A stretch of DNA of 64,000 nt from Octopus vulgaris (taxonomy: Eukaryota): assembly GCA_951406725.2 (NCBI GenBank), contig OX597822.1:117924001-117988000 (forward strand). The letters are read 5' to 3'. Shown piece after piece: positions 56,211 through 64,000 of this stretch. Under the pieces are notes generated by a model, which saw only the letters and a list, made by a program, of their open reading frames with translations, did not search any database and was not told the origin of the DNA. Positions within the stretch are counted from its first letter, which is position 1, and each line of letters starts with the position of its first letter. A program made the position numbers and the translations under genes.

Positions 56211-56631
56211 CAGGGTGTGGAAGTAACGTTGCAATGCACAGGCAACTGGATCTAGGAAATATTTGTACTCCCTGTTCCTTGAACACAACGTAGACCGGTG
56301 TAAGCTCTCGCCTAATGAGACTTTGAATACACTTGAGACAGACTTTAATTTTTACCTTAGTAGTTTACGGTGGTAATCTTCCTATCTGAATTGTCTGATA
56401 TGTAGGTTCGGTTTACCAACTAAATTTCATTCGTAGCAAATAAGGCAGGAGAGACATGGGCTGTGCCAGATTAGCTAAATTTTTACGTACTTTAAAGTGA
56501 ACGATGCTTCAATAGAAAAGCAATATTTGTAAAGATTTAGAATGTGTGTTGGAGCTCTTCTATTTTGAATTATTTGAATTCTTCCTCTGAGGAAGGACAT
56601 GGTTTCTAAGAAAGATACAATGTTCCATCAT

Positions 56632-56837
56632 TGTATGTATGTATGTATGTATGTATGTATGTATGTATGTATGTATGTATGTATGTATGTATGTATGTAT
56701 GTATGTATGTATATATGTATATATGAATGTATGTACGTATGTATGTATGTGTGTGCATATGTATGCATATATATGTATGTATGTATGTATGTACGTGTGT
56801 ATGTATGTATGTATGTATGTATGTATGTATGTATGTA

Positions 56838-56869
<32 letters not shown>

Positions 56870-58259
56870 CGCTTTTCTGTTTTTAACTATTTTAATTCTT
56901 CCTAACAAAAATATAAAAAAACTCCATCGTTGGAATGCAAATAACAAAAACAATGTCACATTTTAAACCTGATAAAAGTCTTGCACAGTTCTATTGTTCC
57001 GCTTACTACAGATTATATTTGTAATGTGCGAGTCAGTTGGTTGATTTCTTTTTCTGAGAATCCCAGCTTATTCCGACTGACAGTTAGGCATTTACTTACA
57101 AAACCAGTTGCACCATACTATTATTGGAATAGATGTAGATTTGTAATCCAGATACAGAAGCTGGCGGTTTCGAAGCAGTTGTCCACAGTTATCTTTTTTC
57201 TCTTTGATTTTCAAAGATATATTCACATCAGTAGGACAGCTGTCCTCTATGACGCCATGCATGCATGCATGCATGTATGTACGTATGTATGTATGTATGT
57301 ATGTATGTATGTATGTATGTATGTATGTATGCATGTATGTATGGATGGATGTATGTATGGATGGATGTATGTATGTATGTATGTATGTATGTATGTATGT
57401 ATGTATGTATGCATGTATGTATGGATGGATGTATGGATGTATGTATGTATGTATGTATGTATGTATGTATGGATTGATGTATTATGTACGTATGTATGTA
57501 TGTACGTATGTATGTATGTATGTATGTATGGATGGATGGATGTATGTATGTATGTATGTATGTATGTATGTATGTATGTATGTATGTATGTATGTATGGA
57601 TGGATGTATTATGTATGTATGTATGTATGTATGTATGTATGTATGTACGTATGTATGTATGTATGTATGTATGTATGTATGCATGTATGTATGGATGGAT
57701 GTATGTATGGATGGATGTATGTATGTATGTATGTATGTATGTATGTATGGATGGATGGATGTATTATGTATGTATGTATGTATGTATGTACGTATGTATG
57801 TATGTATGTATGTATGTATGTATGTATGTATGTATGTATGTATGTATGTATGTATGTATGGATGGATGGATGGATGGATGGATGTATGGATGTATGTATG
57901 GATGGATGGATGTATGTATGTATGTATGTATGTATGGATGGATGGATGTATGTATGTATGTAATGTATGCATGTATGTATGTACGTATATATATATATGT
58001 ACGTATATATATATGTATGTATGTATGTATGTATGCATGTATGTATGTATGTATGTATGTATATACGTATGTATGTATGTATGTATGTATGTATGCATGT
58101 ATATATGTATGTATATATATATATATGTATGTATGTATGTATGTATATACGTATGTATGTATGTATGTATGTATGTATGTATGCATGTATATATGTACGT
58201 ATATATATATGTATGTATGTATGCATGTATGCATGTATGTATGTATGTATGTATGTATG

Positions 58260-58293
<34 letters not shown>

Positions 58294-58315
58294 TGTATGT
58301 ATGTATGTATGTATG
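56632..58315. repeat. (TATG)n arrays: 56632-56869 and ~1-kb 57256-58315 with GGAT/GCAT variants
   Basis: Directly visible; source of the 400+ aa artefactual ORFs. Confidence 0.97.
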
Positions 58316-58715
58316 CTTTTATGTGTGCATGTATATATGTGCGTATGTATATATAATATGCATGCATGTTATGTATGCGCGACATGGTGATCTCATATCA
58401 AGATAAACAGCACATAACCTTGCAGGTAGGGCCCAGTTAGAATATTCTTCTGATCAAGTAACCCCTCCCACTCAAAAGGTCTCTGAATAAGAGTTGTTTA
58501 AGGATGTTGAAGGAAATGCCCATATTTCCAGAGATGAATTATTCAACACACGGCTGTGATGCTCCCCCACTACTTCTGCTTGTGATCAGAGATGCACATA
58601 TTGTCAGCCACTAAGGGACCCACTCAACTGGTTAAGGTCAAGCAAATATGTGGTATTGAGCAGAACATTTGCTGTAGCCCGTCTTTTATACCAAGACAAA
58701 ACAATGTACTTATTA

Positions 58716-58780
<65 letters not shown>

Positions 58781-58789
58781 TACCAAAAT

Positions 58790-59205
58790 CTTTGCCTGTC
58801 TTTTCGTTCTTAATTCGAGTAACGCCGAGGTCGGCTTCGCCTTTCAACCTTTCGGGGTCAATAAAATAAGTACCTGTTGACTGCTGGGGTCGACGAAATG
58901 AATACTAGTTTTATTTAGCCTCCTCCTCCTCATCCATATTTCCGGTCCTGCACCTATATTACAAAGAATTATTTATTATCTATTACAATATTAAGGTGGT
59001 GAGCTGGCAGAATCGTTAGCATGTCGGGCAAAAAGCTTAGTGGCGTTTAGTCTCCTTTTACTTTATGAGTTCAACCCCTGCTGTGGTCGACTTTGCCTCG
59101 CATCCATTCAGAGTCGATTAAATAAGTACCAGTTAAGCAATGGGATCGATATAATCGATTTACCCGCTCCCCGGAAAATGCTGGTCTTGTGTCAAAATTT
59201 AAAAT
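58790..59205 (+). mobile_element. Two tandem SINE family B copies (58790-58965, 58993-59205)
   Basis: cgccgaggtcggcttcgcctttca..ggggtcaataaaataagtacc; aggtggtgagctggcagaatcgttagc. Confidence 0.85.
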
Positions 59206-60190
59206 CATTATTTATTACAATATTTCACTTTGTTATATTTTCACGAAATGTTGATTGACTGACATTGAATTTTTGAAGTTTATTATCCATATTCATACCA
59301 GATTTCACTACACAGTAACAGGTTGATCTCTTGTAATGTAACTACAAAATTCACTCCTTGTGGATGCAATATGTTCTTCAACATAATAACCACTTTATTT
59401 TAAATATCAAATTTGCATAAACGTAACTCAGCTGAAAAAACCTACACTTCAACATGAAACAAATTTTTCCGTCGAGCAATTATTAATGAGGCTACAAATC
59501 GAAAATCAATTTCGATTATTCATCCACCTCATCAATTTTGCTCGATACAGATATTCTACAAACGGGTGTTGCAAGACATTTGTATGATGTTGGTTCTGTA
59601 AAAACTACAGATAACACAATAGTTTTTTTAACAATTTACGATAATTAATGAAAGAAACGAATTTATCGCAGTTGAATTGTATGATATTGTATAGAATTTA
59701 GAATAAAGTCAAGGACTCGCTCCCCGGCAGTTCTCATATTCGTAACCTATTTTGGTAAATCAATAATCTTCCGCAAAATTCATATTTGAAATTTAAATAA
59801 AACACAAACAATTCTATAAAATTTTAATGATTTAATATCTGATAGTTTACTTGCAAAAATTATCTTCGGATTTGTTTGCAGTAAATACTGTGTAATACAG
59901 TTATATGTATTCTATAATTGATTTTCTCTAAATATTTTATCCTAATTAAGACGTTTGTCTTTGTAATCCTGTTAGAATTATACCACAACCGGATTTTGGT
60001 GCAAAAGAAAAGAAGAAGATTTTTAGAACATTTGTTGTAATACATGAGTAGTAATGGTGAAAACGACTGGGTTTATACAGACCTCTTTCAGTTATGTTAA
60101 ATGCCATCTGCACATACCTATAGGATGAATTACAGGTGTATGTTCGTACGTCCAAATGTTTGAAAGCCAAACATTTCCTCTTTCGCTTTT

Positions 60191-60238
<48 letters not shown>

Positions 60239-61339
60239 TCACTCTTTCTGTCTATCTGGCTGTCTGTCTGACTGTCCGTTTGCTCATCTGCCGATCTGTG
60301 TCTGACTTTCTCTCCCTCCCTCTCTTTCTCTCCCCCTCCCTCCCTCTCTCAATCTTTACTCACATTATTCTACGTTCTATATTACTGCTTTGGGAAAGTA
60401 AAATTCCCTTTGAGCATGTAGGCGGTTTTCTGCTGAGAGAATTTGACTGTTACAATAAGGACCTAGGTATTAGTATTCGGTTCTACAGTGTGATCTGCTA
60501 ATCGATTTTATGAAGCAGAAATAGCGAATCCCAATGGTATAGCCGTTGAAGAGTTTGTTGTATTTGTGTGTTTGTAGGAAATGCCTTAACAGAGACAGAC
60601 ATTTTACTGGTTATAATTTTCACTACACTTATGCTGAATGTAGATTTTACTTAGCTTTTTCTTACTGGTTTTCTACCGTAAACGCGTGGGAAGGTACCGC
60701 ATTGTATCCTAGCTTCTCTTGAAATACAGCACCTGGTACTTATTAGTGACTGCATTTATTCTGAACGTGAATTAAATTTGGTTATTTTTCTTTTCCCTAT
60801 TTCCTATCGTAAAAGCGTAATGATGATGCTACTAATGGCTACGACCATGTTATTCGGTGGACGACTCAGAAAGATAAGTGCACTTCTTATTCCCACTGGA
60901 AGCTTCCTAATTGTAGCTGGTGTGCAGTTGGAAAATTTCTGTATCTACACGATCTTATAGTTTGATTATGTCTATGATTAGTTCTTGTGCGAATGTAGGT
61001 CTGCCACAGCTGGCATTAAGATAGGACTGGTAATTGTTGTTAAATCAAACTTCTTAAATATTCTATTAAGTCCTTTCCAAATTTATCCGTGGAGCGGACG
61101 CAAAATCGATAACCTCAGTATATAGTCATACTTATATATACATATATACATGTATGCAAGTATGTACAGTTATACGCAAACTCACGCGTGCGCATATATA
61201 TATATATATAATTATAGTGAAAAGCTCCGTTGGAAAGCCTTTTTCCCTCACGTGGTAAGTTGTACTGAAAAATATAAAAAGGAAAAAGTAAAAAATATAT
61301 GTAGTCTGTGCATTTTCCTTCTTACATTTTGCACTATAT

Positions 61340-61573
61340 CTCTTTTACTCTTTTACTCTTTTACTTGTTTCAGTCATTTAACTGCGGCCATGCTGGAGCA
61401 CCGCCTTTTAGTCGAGCAAATCGACCCCAGGACTTATTCTTTGTAAGCCGAGTACTTATTCTATCGGTCTCTTTTGCCGAACCGCTAAGTAACGGGGACG
61501 TAAACATACCAGCATCGGTTGTCAAGCGATGTTGGGGGAACAAAGACAGACACACAAACACACACACTCACAC

Positions 61574-61641
<68 letters not shown>

Positions 61642-61801
61642 GACGGGTTTCTTTCAGTTTCCGTCTACCAAATCCACTCACAAGGCTTTGGTCGGCCCGA
61701 GGCTATAGTAGAAGACACTTGCCCAAGGTGCCACGCAGTATAACTGAACCCGGAACCGTGTGGTTGGTAAGCAAGCTACTTATTACACAGCTACTCCTGC
61801 G

Positions 61802-61804
<3 letters not shown>
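61340..61804 (-). mobile_element. SINE family A, full length, with (gtaaaaga)n tail
   Basis: Reverse complement of 39271-39685. Confidence 0.93.
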
Positions 61805-61841
<37 letters not shown>

Positions 61842-61987
61842 CATAAACACACGCGCATACACACACACTCATACACCATAAACACGTACATAATACATAT
61901 ATACGTATATGTGTGTGCGTGTATCTAGATAGGTAGATAGGTAGGTTATAAATATATACAAAGAGATAGAGAGAGAGGGTTAGAACG

Positions 61988-62171
<184 letters not shown>

Positions 62172-62818
62172 GTTATCGGTGGTGATATGGGGAAGTGAAG
62201 AAGAGGGGCAGTACGATTTATATTTACTCTTTCATTGAAACCAACAAAAAGTTATATATAGCCTCTGCTGCTGCCTTTATAATCATGTCAGCACTTACGT
62301 TATTCTTCTTTTCAGACTATGGCCTAATGAATGTGTTCTGCAGACCAATTTAACAAGTCGATCGTTCCAAATCAAGCAAACGGTTAATCAATAATCATGT
62401 GATACGTAAACCAAATATACCAGCATTCTCTTAGTCACACTTACAGCGACTGGGTCATTGCAACAGCTGGTCAGTCTATGTCTATACGTAACACTATAGA
62501 TGTTAGTAAGCACTGGAAATAGAACAAACAATAGTGAAAAGAAGAGAAGTGAGAATGTATGGCTGGTCGGCTGGTCGGCTGGTCGGTTGGAGGGCGAGTT
62601 AAGTGTTGGATTAAACAGCTGAGGCTGAAGGAAAATGGGTATACGTATATATGTATGGGTCTCTGTATGTGTGCGGCTATATATATATATATGTATACAA
62701 AAATACACTTACGTATATGTATGTATATACCTACACGCGCAATACACGTAAATACATACATAGCAGGCATGTATGTTCTTATATATATAAATATATATGC
62801 ATATGTGTATGTATGTAA

Positions 62819-63106
<288 letters not shown>

Positions 63107-63341
63107 GTTTTGCGAAGCAAACAAGAAGCATGGAACACGAAACATGAGTATATATTTCTGTATTTTTTATCTCTATTTATCTGAAGTAACAGAATGACTC
63201 AAGGACTGAGTGCTTGGTGCGTTGGCACTCACCAAAGTTTCATAAATATTAACGCACAAAACTCTCGGTCCCTGAGTCACTGTTATTTCAGTCAAATATT
63301 AATAATATGTACGTATGTATGTACGTATGTATGTACGTATG

Positions 63342-63375
<34 letters not shown>

Positions 63376-63609
63376 TGTATGTACGTACGTATGTATGTAT
63401 GTATGTATGTATGTATGCATATATGTATGTATGCATGCATGTATGTACGTATGTATGTATGTATGCATTATATATTTTATGTTGATATGTATACATCAAT
63501 ATATATTTATACGTAAATAAGTGTGTATATCGAGAGAACTAAAAAGACTGTAAAAGATAGATAGATAGGTAGATGGATAGTGAGAGAGAGAGAGAGAGTG
63601 TGTGAGTGT

Positions 63610-63675
<66 letters not shown>

Positions 63676-64000
63676 GAAGTGAGGTTGAGGGTTCTGTTTG
63701 TGGAAGCAGTGTGTGTAGGTGTGTAATGCCTCGTTTGCTTGTAGATCATGTGTTGAATGACAAAAAGCAATTTCATGAGAAGAAATTGCATTCGGTCAGA
63801 AAGTAATTTCTAATGCAAAGAAGGAAACTTACGAGGCGTCTACCCTAAACTTAAAGCTACTTCTTTCCCTTACACGTTCGTGATGTTCGTTTTTGTTTCT
63901 CTGCCGCTGCGGACGAGCAAGACGTTTGTCTATGAGGTGAATATGTAGAACAGTCGTGATTGATTATTGGACAGCTAAGTGTCATAGCAATGTTTATTCG

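Noticed and set aside
56981-58406. Long ORFs (469, 400, 283 aa) and all similar YI/CV/HT/MYVC/poly-I ORFs
   Set aside because: They are translations of stop-free microsatellites, not genes.
58395-58710. Probable interspersed repeat between microsatellites
   Set aside because: Single copy in the window with no diagnostic motif, so it cannot be classified from sequence alone.
62445-62512. Toxin-like peptide (SCCNDPVA)
   Set aside because: Only two cysteines, no signal peptide and no continuous ORF across neighbouring candidate exons.

Overview
AT-rich, microsatellite-saturated eukaryotic DNA. The tRNA-derived SINE families and repeat landscape look like a coleoid cephalopod (Octopus-like) genome; this is an inference from recalled repeat consensus, not a database result. 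No host protein-coding gene can be supported, and almost all long ORFs in the track are translated (TA)n/(TG)n/(TATG)n/(ATT)n. The window contains: many copies of several tRNA-headed SINE families; R4/Dong-type RLE retrotransposon 3' fragments stacked inside (ATT)n arrays; HERO-like, CR1-like and L1/Tx1-like fragments; a full-length but decayed mariner, plus mariner and Tc1 fragments; Helitron/Helentron-like ends; and Penelope (GIY-YIG) remnants. The most notable signal is a four-copy repeat whose consensus folds as a minimal type I hammerhead ribozyme. One copy is joined through (AAT)n to a tRNA-derived Pol III head, suggesting a hammerhead-carrying SINE that may be mobilised by Penelope-like elements. 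Three other, unrelated hammerhead motifs and several foldback inversions anchored in (TA)n are also present. Coordinates were read by eye; element boundaries are approximate.
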